From positions 11,133 to 75,132 of IMG/VR virus record IMGVR_UViG_3300050146_000027: 64,000 nucleotides of DNA; one strand, written 5' to 3'. The notes beneath the pieces are model-generated. The model saw only the letters and a list, made by a program, of their open reading frames with translations. It was not told where the DNA came from and ran no database searches. Of this stretch, positions 55,789 through 64,000 are shown piece by piece. Positions within the stretch are counted from its first letter, which is position 1; every line of letters begins with the position of its first letter. A program made the position numbers and the translations under genes. Source of the stretch: a virus. Taxonomy: Duplodnaviria > Caudoviricetes.

Positions 55789-58413
55789 CTAGTTGATGAT
55801 AAGGTTCAGAATGTCTTTGACTTTCGTCATGGCAGCAGGATCTCCCGAGTGCTTGACGGCGTATGCCTCCAAGAGCGAGTTATCCAGCAAACCAATCAAA
55901 GGATTGGCGATGAGCTTGTCTGCAAACTCTTTGACTTCATCGCACAACGGAACAGCTGCCAGTGCTTTCCTGGCTTCTTGGATCTCCGTATATGAATGGA
56001 ATCGGTAATTGTCCTTGGCATTGCGCCAAACCACAACACGAAGTTGATCTTCGTAAGACAGGGGCGTGAAACCGGGTACCAGAGTGCTCAACGTATCGTT
56101 GTTCAACAGTATCCGGTAAACCGACTGAAGCAAGTTCCCTTTGGTGTAGCAAGCGCAGTGACTTCGGATGTAGTCATCGACAACGAACTCGTCATACTTC
56201 ATGAATTCCAGAATTTCTGGCTTCACAGCGATCTCAATGGCGATGCGATCTATCAGGAATTTGCTGACGTTCATAGTGCCCTTTGCAATTTGGCGGTCAT
56301 AGACTGCCTGGTTGTTGGTAACAGCTCCTTGCGAGCCCCACAGTTTTGCAACTGCGAAAGCCAATTGTTCATTGAGACAGCTGGTTTCTTTGCGAGTGTC
56401 TACTGCTGTCGAAACCTTCTCAATGAATGTCGGCTCTGTAGTTCGAGTTGGGTCCACTTCAGTGACGAGCACCTCTGTGTCAATTGTCTTGCTTGACCCA
56501 ACAAGCAAAACATCCATGCGGACTAAACCAGCACGTTTTACTTTTTTGATTGGTTCGTCTTTGCCGTCAGCAAGTGCAGCAGCATTCTTTCTGCGAGACC
56601 GCTGGGCTTTGGATATGCGATCTTGGTACTCGACTTCTTCAATGTCCAGTCGACCAGTCAGATCCATCAGCTCAATGCCCGGCACTGAACTAAGCATCTC
56701 CAAAGTAGCGGCTGCTTTGTCTTTGACTCGCGTCAGCTCAATCACAAAGTATGTGCCGAACTGGAATGTGCCAGTAGACTCACTCATCATCACATGCTTC
56801 ATACGACGAGTGATGATTTGTGCGTTATGGCACACCACCACTGTCGGTTGAATCAGGTGAATCAGGTTGTTCGTATGGCTGGGCATGTACACAGCACCAA
56901 GTCTTTTGGTCTGGATACTGCCACGTTCACTTTCAAGATCGCTGATTTTGCGACTCATAAAAGTGATCTTGTCTGCTTTCAGATCTGGAACTGCCGCTTG
57001 CAGTTTTCGAACCAAAGGAACCATGACACGCTTGCGCCACCAGCCTGTTGCTGCAGTCCCTTCGCTAAACACACTTTCTCGATCAAAGTCACTGTAGTAC
57101 GAGCGGTAGGCGTGCTTTGGATTTTGCAAGAATTTCTTGGCCTTGCGTGCAGTGTCTTGCCAAGTCGAAGTCAAGCCTCGTGGGATTGCTCCTGCAGCAG
57201 CCATGCCATTGAGCATGCGGTTAATTACGCTAAGCCATTTGCTGGTCTGCAGACTTCGGCCGTTGCCGCTGTAGCGTAACAAAACTTCCAACATGGCAAA
57301 GTCCTCAACAGAGCTGAGGAACTTCTTCTTATGCATGCTTGGAATACCAGGCACATGCCAATCTTCGATGCGCAGCTTATCCACGACATGGATTTCTGTA
57401 GAGATAGCAGCTGCATCAACGTAACCCACAACCATTTCTTCGTGGCGAACTGTGAGCTCACGATTTCTCATGATCTTGGCCAGAAAATCTGACAACAGGA
57501 TCTTGAGTGTGTTGACAGTCAGCTCACTCATCGTGAGCGATTCACGGCTTGGCGTGATGCTGATGCTGTTAGGCGGAGACATCAGAATCAGACGGCACTT
57601 GTAGACTTGCGTCAACAAGTTGTGGGTCTTGTTGTAGAGCATCTGAATCTCTTCAGAGCTTTCCACCGGGTAGATGACGTTGCCGTAGCGAACGTAGATT
57701 CGGTCTCTTGTCAGATGATGAACAGATAATTCTGAGTCCGCTTGATCGTTGATCAGCATGAATCCGTTTTCAGCTTTTGAGAGACCAAGAACAGGCAACT
57801 GTTCACTATTCAATGTGGCCAGGATGTCTCCATTGAATACCACCTGGCGAATCAATAAATTGATGCGGTTGTCTCCTGCATCGCCTTTCAGATCAATGCT
57901 GATTTGAATGCCTGACTCTTCAGTAGGAAAGGAAGCGATTTTGGTGACGCTGGGCTTGCCCATCTTTTCAGCTGAAGACTTGCTCATGCTGTAGATGGTG
58001 CGAGTACCTGCATGATGGCTGATCACTTCGAAGTGATCGGTGTAGGCAAATGGGCTTTTGCAACCCAGACCAAAGCCACCAGTTTGGCGGCCATCATTCT
58101 TCTTGGTCGATGCCCCGTACACAGCATAGACAGGACCGATCTTGTCATGGGGAATGCCACGACCGTAGTCACGAATGACCAGCTTTTCGCCAGTCAATGT
58201 GATGGTCAATGAGCGATCAGTACGACCGCTGTCGATGTGAGCATCCCAACCATTGCAGATGGTTTCGCGGATCATGGCCAGCAAAGGATCCTTGTACAGC
58301 GACTGCGACAAGATCTGGAAGAATGCTGGATCGTCAGAGATACCAAAGCTGATGTTGTCAGAGCCACCCAGGACAGCATGGGTGACGTGATCGGTTTGAT
58401 GTGCAACTTGCAT
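55789..58413 (-). CDS. rIIA: rIIA-like protein (gp33) with N-terminal GHKL ATPase
   Basis: LYKDPLLAMIRETICNGWDAH, IRDYGRGI, GGFGLGCKSPFAYTD. Confidence 0.9.
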   Translation of the reverse strand: MQVAHQTDHVTHAVLGGSDNISFGISDDPAFFQILSQSLYKDPLLAMIRETICNGWDAHIDSGRTDRSLTITLTGEKLVIRDYGRGIPHDKIGPVYAVYGASTKKNDGRQTGGFGLGCKSPFAYTDHFEVISHHAGTRTIYSMSKSSAEKMGKPSVTKIASFPTEESGIQISIDLKGDAGDNRINLLIRQVVFNGDILATLNSEQLPVLGLSKAENGFMLINDQADSELSVHHLTRDRIYVRYGNVIYPVESSEEIQMLYNKTHNLLTQVYKCRLILMSPPNSISITPSRESLTMSELTVNTLKILLSDFLAKIMRNRELTVRHEEMVVGYVDAAAISTEIHVVDKLRIEDWHVPGIPSMHKKKFLSSVEDFAMLEVLLRYSGNGRSLQTSKWLSVINRMLNGMAAAGAIPRGLTSTWQDTARKAKKFLQNPKHAYRSYYSDFDRESVFSEGTAATGWWRKRVMVPLVRKLQAAVPDLKADKITFMSRKISDLESERGSIQTKRLGAVYMPSHTNNLIHLIQPTVVVCHNAQIITRRMKHVMMSESTGTFQFGTYFVIELTRVKDKAAATLEMLSSVPGIELMDLTGRLDIEEVEYQDRISKAQRSRRKNAAALADGKDEPIKKVKRAGLVRMDVLLVGSSKTIDTEVLVTEVDPTRTTEPTFIEKVSTAVDTRKETSCLNEQLAFAVAKLWGSQGAVTNNQAVYDRQIAKGTMNVSKFLIDRIAIEIAVKPEILEFMKYDEFVVDDYIRSHCACYTKGNLLQSVYRILLNNDTLSTLVPGFTPLSYEDQLRVVVWRNAKDNYRFHSYTEIQEARKALAAVPLCDEVKEFADKLIANPLIGLLDNSLLEAYAVKHSGDPAAMTKVKDILNLIIN

Positions 58414-58429
58414 CTTGATTCCTGAATAG

Positions 58430-58467
58430 AAAATGAAATCGCCCCAACATCTTTCGATGAAGGGGCG
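58430..58467 (-). terminator. Possible intrinsic terminator
   Basis: CGCCCC-TT-CATC-GAAA-GATG-TT-GGGGCG followed by a T-rich tail. Confidence 0.5.
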
Positions 58468-58484
58468 TTACCCACAAAACGAGT

Positions 58485-58736
58485 TCAGGGTAGGGTCTGG
58501 TCAGCTGGGAAGATGAAACACTCTGCTGTAATGAGACTATTTTTTCCAGGGATTCCTAAGAATCCACAGATTGGAGTTGGAATGTAATCAGTGCTGTCAG
58601 CTGGCATGATCACAAGACCGTTAATAGCGCACGCTACATAGAAATCTGCGATGGTGCTATCTGTTGGATTGACTCTCATTGTTGTGTACGCTGGTTCGAT
58701 TGCTAATCGTGCAGCGTTGTACTGGTCCATGTTCAT
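58485..58736 (-). CDS. Hypothetical protein
   Basis: 83 aa, RBS GGAGG inside the upstream gene. Confidence 0.55.
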   Translation of the reverse strand: MNMDQYNAARLAIEPAYTTMRVNPTDSTIADFYVACAINGLVIMPADSTDYIPTPICGFLGIPGKNSLITAECFIFPADQTLP

Positions 58737-59047
58737 GTGTAACCCCTCCTGGTGAATGCATCAACCTCAGCAACCCAACTAAGCTGCCACTCTCCTGTTC
58801 CTCCTTTGGGTTCAGGGCACTGTCTCCAGTATGGTTGTGGTGTGATGTCAGCTGAGTATGGAATTAAATCCAAACCATTCATCGCCAGCCCCATCAAGAA
58901 CAAGCCATTCCAAGTTGCACCATCCTCCTGCTTGCCGGCAAAGTTAAGAGCTTGTTGAAGCTTTACCTTGTAGGTAGCTTGCAGCTTGGCCAATTCAGCA
59001 AGCTCACGAGCTTGCTGGTCGAATGCTGCTTGCTCAGCCGGGGACAT
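58733..59047 (-). CDS. Hypothetical protein
   Basis: 104 aa, TGATG-coupled to thyA. Confidence 0.55.
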   Translation of the reverse strand: MSPAEQAAFDQQARELAELAKLQATYKVKLQQALNFAGKQEDGATWNGLFLMGLAMNGLDLIPYSADITPQPYWRQCPEPKGGTGEWQLSWVAEVDAFTRRGYT

Positions 59048-59889
59048 CAGACAGCCACCGGAGCCTTGATGGCTGAGTGATGCTGGTAGTCCAGCATCTC
59101 AAAGTCATCGAGTTCGTAGCCGAAGATCGAATCAGGCTTGCGTTTGATGTTCAGCATTGGGTAAGGGTGGGGCTGGCGACTGAGTTGCAGCTCGACCTGC
59201 TCAGTGTGGTTGCTGTAGATGTGGCAGTCACCGCCGGTCCAGATGAAGTCGCCTACATCAAGATTGCATTGTTGAGCAACCATGTGTGTGAGCAAAGCAT
59301 AGCTGGCAATGTTAAAGGGCACGCCCAGAAAGATGTCTGCACTGCGTTGGTAGAGCTGGCAGCTGAGCTTGCCATTGGCCACGTAGAACTGGAAGAGACA
59401 ATGGCATGGAGGCAAAGCCATGTCACCCACTTCTGCGGGATTCCAGGCAGTCACGATGTGACGACGGCCGTTGGGGTTCTTCTTGATGCCTTCGATCACA
59501 TCAGTGATCTGGTCGATACACCCTTGTGGAGTGTCACCAAACTCACCAATGCTAGGCCATGAACGCCATTGCTTGCCATACACAGGTCCCAGGTTGCCCT
59601 GAGCATCGGCCCACTCATCCCAGATGGTGATGCCATGATCGTGCAGGAATTGCACATTGGTGTCGCCACGCAGAAACCACAGCAGCTCCACGATGATGGA
59701 CTTGAGGTGCACCTTCTTGGTGGTAATCAGCGGAAAGCCTTTGCTCAGATCAAAACGCATTTGGTGACCAAACACACTGCGTGTGCCGGTACCGGTGCGA
59801 TCGTCTTTGAAAGCGCCCGTGGTGTGTACAAGGCACATGAAATCTTCGTACTGGCCGTCAATCACGGTTTCTTCTTGTCGGTCGGACAT
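59047..59889 (-). CDS. thyA: Thymidylate synthase (ThyA type)
   Basis: [50 protein letters not shown]. Confidence 0.97.
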   Translation of the reverse strand: MSDRQEETVIDGQYEDFMCLVHTTGAFKDDRTGTGTRSVFGHQMRFDLSKGFPLITTKKVHLKSIIVELLWFLRGDTNVQFLHDHGITIWDEWADAQGNLGPVYGKQWRSWPSIGEFGDTPQGCIDQITDVIEGIKKNPNGRRHIVTAWNPAEVGDMALPPCHCLFQFYVANGKLSCQLYQRSADIFLGVPFNIASYALLTHMVAQQCNLDVGDFIWTGGDCHIYSNHTEQVELQLSRQPHPYPMLNIKRKPDSIFGYELDDFEMLDYQHHSAIKAPVAV

Positions 59890-60125
59890 GGTGTTTCCTT
59901 TGGTTCGGGTTGTTCGGATGTGAGTGCAACCGCTTTTGCTGTGAGGTATGCCAGTGAGAACCACTTGGCCAACTTCAACAGAAAGTAGGTAAATAGCCCG
60001 ACACCAAGTCCAGCAAAGAATCCGCCAGTGATCATTGCAATCAGAGTTGCAATGGCAATGATGATCCAACGAAGGAACAAAGAGACGATGACTACTGCAA
60101 TCAGCAGGATGATGAGAATTTCCAT
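59862..60125 (-). CDS. Membrane protein (2-3 TM)
   Basis: Highly hydrophobic first ~65 aa and a charged C-terminal tail; RBS GAGGA. Confidence 0.6.
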   Translation of the reverse strand: MEILIILLIAVVIVSLFLRWIIIAIATLIAMITGGFFAGLGVGLFTYFLLKLAKWFSLAYLTAKAVALTSEQPEPKETPCPTDKKKP

Positions 60126-60149
60126 AGGTCCTCTCAGTTGAAATTAAAA

Positions 60150-60244
60150 GAGCCCCAACAAAGCAACTCTCAGGCGCACGCAAGACGACTACACCCTGAA
60201 TGGGTTGAGTCCTTAAAGCGTTAGAGGGTTGCCTTGTGGGGCTC
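60150..60244 (-). ncRNA. Candidate ~95-nt rod-shaped structured RNA
   Basis: Terminal arms GAGCCCCACAAGGCAACCCTCT / AGAGTTGCTTTGTTGGGGCTC, inner ACGC/GCGT and ACCC/GGGT pairings, followed by TTTT. Confidence 0.45.
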
Positions 60245-60350
60245 AGTTCCAGTGCTCTCCTGGATGTCACAACGAATAGTTATGCACTATTGCTTGCCTG
60301 TGGACTTAACCACTCGACTCATGCTGGCAGATCGTGTATTGCCGCTGCTC

Positions 60351-60438
60351 TGGTGGACACTGGCAGAATTTGAACCTGCGATAGACCGACAAGCTGTAAC
60401 CCTTGTCGGTGACTCTACCAACTGAGTCCATCAGGCCC
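60351..60438 (-). tRNA. Aberrant tRNA-like gene 1 (type I body; 9-bp anticodon stem, 8-nt loop containing U-UAC-A)
   Basis: D arm GACTC-AGTTGGTA-GAGTC, T arm GCAGG-TTCAAAT-TCTGC, encoded 3' ACCA; acceptor stem with a one-nt bulge. Confidence 0.7.
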
Positions 60439-60452
60439 TTAAAGAACAATTT

Positions 60453-60547
60453 TGGGCATTGTAGGCAGGACTCGAACCTGCACAGGGATCTTCGATCTCC
60501 CAGGCCTGCGAAGGAGGCCCACGTCTACCAATTTTGTCACTACGCCC
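60453..60547 (-). tRNA. Aberrant tRNA-like gene 2 (Leu-like type II body, loop CCUUCGC)
   Basis: AAATTGGTAGACG D loop, GGCCT/AGGCC anticodon stem, long variable arm, GCAGG-TTCGAGT-CCTGC T arm; acceptor GGGC-GTAG / CTAC-(AAT)-GCCC. Confidence 0.7.
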
Positions 60548-60600
60548 AAGGCCGGTGATCAACCGGCCCACCTTGCAGGGATTGCGGCCCCTGCCAGGGT

Positions 60601-61143
60601 TTACTGGCGTGCGAACTTCTCGCCGAGGATCTCGACTTGATCGGGCAGAGGTTCGCTGAAGTCCACGAAAACGTTGGCAGATGCGGCCAGCAGCTTGACG
60701 ATGGCCTTGCTGTTTTTGATTGCATCCCAGCAGGTGGGGAACATCAGCTTGTTGCCGTGGCTCAAGCGAATGGCATCAACGCTCATCCAGGCAAAGGTGT
60801 AGTCGGTAGCTGCTGTTTCGGGTGCTTCGGCAAAGATGTAGCCGGCGTTCTGCAGAAAGTTGGCCACATGGAAACGGCCAAAGATGTTCACACCACGCAG
60901 ATCGATGATCTCGATGTTGGTCAGATCAGGCGTGCGGTGAGCATTCTCAGCTGCTTCCATGGCTTTGGCCAGTTGCTCACCGAAATTGGTGATGGCTTTG
61001 CCATTGACGTCAGACGGGACTTCTGCAGCTTGAGCTTTGGCGGGCGATGCCTCTTGCTGCACGGCCTTGGGCTTGGGACCGGGTTTGCGGCGGGTGGTCT
61101 TCACGGCCACGGGTGCGGCCTTCTTGGTGTACGGACGGGGCAT
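60601..61143 (-). CDS. Hypothetical protein with basic Lys/Pro/Ala-rich N-terminus
   Basis: MPRPYTKKAAPVAVKTTRRKPGPKPK...; RBS AGGAG; strong codon bias. Confidence 0.65.
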   Translation of the reverse strand: MPRPYTKKAAPVAVKTTRRKPGPKPKAVQQEASPAKAQAAEVPSDVNGKAITNFGEQLAKAMEAAENAHRTPDLTNIEIIDLRGVNIFGRFHVANFLQNAGYIFAEAPETAATDYTFAWMSVDAIRLSHGNKLMFPTCWDAIKNSKAIVKLLAASANVFVDFSEPLPDQVEILGEKFARQ

Positions 61144-61191
61144 GTGTGCTCCTAGTTAGTTGAGGGTGCTTTCCACAAAACAAGCTTGCGG

Positions 61192-61701
61192 TCAGCGTGC
61201 GGGGACTGGTTTGTCTTCCTGGTTCTGGTACTTGCCTTGGTAGGCACGTTTCAAAGAGATCTTGTGAAACAACACTTGAGCAATGCCAGTTCCAGCCGGG
61301 ATGAGCAAGTCATCTTCGCCGTGGTACACCAACTCAAGAGTCAAGAATCCTTTCCAGCCCGGTTCGATCACAGTGTTGAATACCGAGAGACCTCGACGAG
61401 CCCAGGTGGACTTGTCGTGAACCACGCCAACCAGACAGGAAGGCATGTCGAATTCTTCAATGGCCGAGGCCAATGTGAAGCAGCCGTTGATGAGTTTGAT
61501 TTTGCCGAGCTCATCAGTCATTTTGACAACACGGACGCGACTGTGACCATTGAAGTGGGTAGTGAACTGGATCTGTTGTTTCAAACACAAGTCATAGCCA
61601 GCTTCAGTCAGGCCATGCGAAGACAAAGGTCCTTTGATCTTCTTGTGAAGCATGTCCTTGATTGGACTGAGTCGCAACAGGTCAACATCGTTGATGATCA
61701 T
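61192..61701 (-). CDS. dcd: dCTP deaminase
   Basis: GLTEAGYDL, VHDKSTWARRGL, VIEPGWKGFLTLEL, YQGKYQNQ. Confidence 0.92.
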   Translation of the reverse strand: MIINDVDLLRLSPIKDMLHKKIKGPLSSHGLTEAGYDLCLKQQIQFTTHFNGHSRVRVVKMTDELGKIKLINGCFTLASAIEEFDMPSCLVGVVHDKSTWARRGLSVFNTVIEPGWKGFLTLELVYHGEDDLLIPAGTGIAQVLFHKISLKRAYQGKYQNQEDKPVPAR

Positions 61702-61711
61702 GGCAACTCTT

Positions 61712-62020
61712 TCAGCTGGCAGACCAGCCGTTGGTGCGCTTCATGCGGCGTTCGCGTTTGGCAACTGCAGCCTCCTTGATGCGCACTTGTTCTTGCGAGC
61801 TCAGCTTGCTGTTGGAACCGATGCGACGAGCAGGAGTTGCCGGTGCCAACAAGCTGTTCAGCATGGCAGCAGTCAAAACCTTTTTGCGAGGCTTGCGAGC
61901 AGGCTTGACGGATTCTTCCTTCAAGACTTCAGCAGCCTCTTTGGTATCAGCAGGCTGGCCTGACAGGAAAGCAGATGCAGCGGACAAGCCAGCCTTGATG
62001 CGATTGGTGACAGAGGTCAT
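61712..62020 (-). CDS. Basic hypothetical protein
   Basis: 102 aa, Lys/Arg-rich; RBS AGGA. Confidence 0.6.
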   Translation of the reverse strand: MTSVTNRIKAGLSAASAFLSGQPADTKEAAEVLKEESVKPARKPRKKVLTAAMLNSLLAPATPARRIGSNSKLSSQEQVRIKEAAVAKRERRMKRTNGWSAS

Positions 62021-62028
62021 GGGAGTTC

Positions 62029-63204
62029 CTATTTGATGTGGACCATTTGGCCGAAAGGCACGGTCGCACGAGGGTTGTTGTAGACGGCCCAGATGACAGG
62101 CACATCAATGGTCAGCGGTTCCATGGGCGTGACCAACATATCCGAGAAAACAACAGCAGCGGTGGGTTTGTGCTTCTCGATAAAGTTGCGGACAGGCACC
62201 AGGCAGGTACCACCACGTCCAATGACTTTGATTTCATCAAAGGGATCATCAGCAGCGAATTCATCAACCTTCTGAATGCGAGTGTCGAACTGCACCAGAG
62301 TCAGCTTCTGGGGGTTGAGTTGTTCTTGGATGTATTTCACCTCGCTGTTGAAACGAAGAATGTCGTCGTCACTGATGGACCCGGACACATCAAGAAAGAA
62401 CACAAGATGTTCAAGCCGACCATCATCAGTGAACCGAGATGGCAAGTACATGTCGGGGTACCGGCGATTGGGACGAGCCCAGGTGTAGTCTTCATCGAGC
62501 ATGTCAGTGAAGAACTTCATCAAGAGTTGCTGCCATGGAACGACAGGCTCCAAGAAATGCCTCAGCACATCCTCAACATCACCCGGGATGTTGCCAGCTT
62601 GTCCGGCCAGCTTGGCTTGTTGGACGGCCTGGACCACAGTGTTGATAATCCTTTGTTCTTCTCCTTGGTTCAGGGGCACCATGTCGCCAGCACCATCAGG
62701 TTCGATGCCCGCACCGAAGCTACCACCCGAGGGTGGTGGGATTTGGTTGGCCATGATGAGGTCATAGATCTCTTCCTCCGACAACAGACGCTTGGCATCT
62801 TGATCGTAGGTGTGATCTTTCCAGCATTCTTCGATACCGACGAATGAGTTCTTTTCGTTCTCAAGGTCGTTGTTGATTCGAATGTCACAGGCCCAGTTGA
62901 ATTCCTTGTGCGAACGAGATCCAACACGAAGCATGTGCATTCGAGCAACGTGCCAGAGCTCATGCTTCAAAACCGTGGCTCGTGTCTCACGAGTCAGGGC
63001 CATGAAGAAGTCAGGGTTCCATTGCAAATAAATGCCGTTGGTACAGGCACTCTCAATGGAACGTGTCCACTGGAAATCCAATGAACACATGATGGAACCA
63101 AAGAACACAGCATCCTTGGCCATGAACACTGTTGCTTTGGTTCGGTCGAGCTCACGGGTGAGTTGATCTTGCGTGTAGCTGCTGGGATCGACTTTTTGGA
63201 ACAT
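62029..63204 (-). CDS. N4 gp25 homolog: metallopeptidase (HExxH) + VWA domain
   Basis: ACTNG, LKHELWHV, YTWARPNRR, FLDVSGSIS, GRGGT, FSDM. Confidence 0.9.
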   Translation of the reverse strand: MFQKVDPSSYTQDQLTRELDRTKATVFMAKDAVFFGSIMCSLDFQWTRSIESACTNGIYLQWNPDFFMALTRETRATVLKHELWHVARMHMLRVGSRSHKEFNWACDIRINNDLENEKNSFVGIEECWKDHTYDQDAKRLLSEEEIYDLIMANQIPPPSGGSFGAGIEPDGAGDMVPLNQGEEQRIINTVVQAVQQAKLAGQAGNIPGDVEDVLRHFLEPVVPWQQLLMKFFTDMLDEDYTWARPNRRYPDMYLPSRFTDDGRLEHLVFFLDVSGSISDDDILRFNSEVKYIQEQLNPQKLTLVQFDTRIQKVDEFAADDPFDEIKVIGRGGTCLVPVRNFIEKHKPTAAVVFSDMLVTPMEPLTIDVPVIWAVYNNPRATVPFGQMVHIK

Positions 63205-63206
63205 GA

Positions 63207-64000
63207 TCAGCCGTTCAGGTATTTGCCCAACGTGGCCATGGCTCCCACAAATGCCGGGTTCTGGCGAAGTGCGGGATTGCGAACCAACGTCGAACGATAG
63301 AACAAGATGCGGAAATCGACACTGAAGCGATCCACGTAGGTGCACAGCTGCGAGAAGTTCTTGGTATCGACCTTCTCCATCATGTGCGAGATGGTGGCCC
63401 AACGCATGTTTTGGTCATTGGGCAACGGGCACTTGGCAGGGTCGGCCAGAATCTGATCAATGGTGATCAGGTCCATGTAGATCTTGCAGAACTGCACGAA
63501 GTCCACAGCAGTGCCTGATGTGATCGTGCCGGCCAGCAATGGAGCATCGCTGTCTGTGACCACCCTGCCGGAAATAATTCGATTGACGAACTCCCAGGTG
63601 CGTGGGCAGCAGAAGGTCTTGTCTTTGTGATCAGGACGGAAGTCCATCAGCTTGCTGGGGAACTGCGACAAGTACGCAATGATGCGGCTGTCGTAGTTCT
63701 CTTTGAGGGCCACGTCGTAGAGCCACTCTTCGAAGTTGACTTGCATCTCCAAGTGCACCACGCGGGATTGCATGGCTGTGCTCAGAGCATTGGTGATGGC
63801 ACGGTCACCAGCCAGGTTGCCGGCTGCCGTGACCACAACATTGCTGTGCAGATTGAACTGGCCGACTTGTCGATCCAAGATCAACTTGTAGGCAGCAGCC
63901 TGGACTGACTTGGAAGCAGAGTTGAACTCATCCAAGAACAACATCCAACCATCTTTGCCTTCAGGTATCGTGTCACCTTCCAAAGGGAAGAGATCACCAA
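63207..64000 (-). CDS. N4 gp24 homolog: MoxR-like AAA+ ATPase, 5'-truncated
   Basis: FLDEFNSA, AAGN, STAMQSRVVH, CPRTWEF; frame stays open to the window edge. Confidence 0.9.
   Translation of the reverse strand, partial: GDLFPLEGDTIPEGKDGWMLFLDEFNSASKSVQAAAYKLILDRQVGQFNLHSNVVVTAAGNLAGDRAITNALSTAMQSRVVHLEMQVNFEEWLYDVALKENYDSRIIAYLSQFPSKLMDFRPDHKDKTFCCPRTWEFVNRIISGRVVTDSDAPLLAGTITSGTAVDFVQFCKIYMDLITIDQILADPAKCPLPNDQNMRWATISHMMEKVDTKNFSQLCTYVDRFSVDFRILFYRSTLVRNPALRQNPAFVGAMATLGKYLNG

Noticed and set aside
60394-60401. 8-nt anticodon loop acting as a +1 frameshift suppressor for the gp57 frameshift
   Set aside because: Candidate quadruplet codons (GTAA, TGTA) do not occur in the gp57 overlap region 20329-20441.
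60351-60547. tRNA-like genes as UGA suppressors or tRNA-Sec for the in-frame stops in the polymerase and gp51
   Set aside because: Neither loop contains UCA, and the polymerase hairpin lacks bacterial SECIS features.
1-64000. Genome-wide UGA reassignment
   Set aside because: Many genes, including vRNAP, MCP and terminase, end at TGA with correct lengths and coupled downstream starts.
1-64000. CRISPR array, integrase, or DGR/retron reverse transcriptase
   Set aside because: No regularly spaced repeats, recombinase motifs or RT motifs were seen.

Overview
About 64 kb of an N4-like (Schitoviridae) podophage genome, circularly permuted and cut at both edges. The probable physical genome ends lie in the non-coding gap at about 7.84-8.50 kb, from which transcription diverges. 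Minus strand 1-7.8 kb is the early region: gp1 and gp2 homologs behind two N4-type vRNAP hairpin promoters, many small accessory genes, RNAP II subunits 1 and 2, and an HNH endonuclease between them. Plus strand 8.5-40.3 kb is the late region: a three-domain putative anti-defence protein, gp69, terminase, tail/fibre module, Rz/Rz1, portal, major capsid, gp55-gp51 and the ~3,500-aa virion RNA polymerase. Minus strand 40.3-64 kb is the middle region: resolvase, SSB, primase, split family-A DNA polymerase, helicase, NUDIX, MazG-like protein, rIIA/rIIB, ThyA, dCTP deaminase and the gp24/gp25 ATPase-VWA pair. The most unusual elements are: (i) a 460-bp non-coding island with two tRNA-like genes that keep canonical D/T loops but have aberrant anticodon arms and bulged acceptor stems, plus a rod-like RNA; (ii) a triple fusion of putative immune-signal sponge domains next to the genome end; (iii) a DNA polymerase split by one in-frame UGA followed by a strong hairpin; (iv) no recognisable endolysin or holin at the usual locus. 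All family assignments come from remembered motifs and N4 synteny, not from database searches, and N4 gp numbers are positional labels. The host is not determinable from sequence alone.
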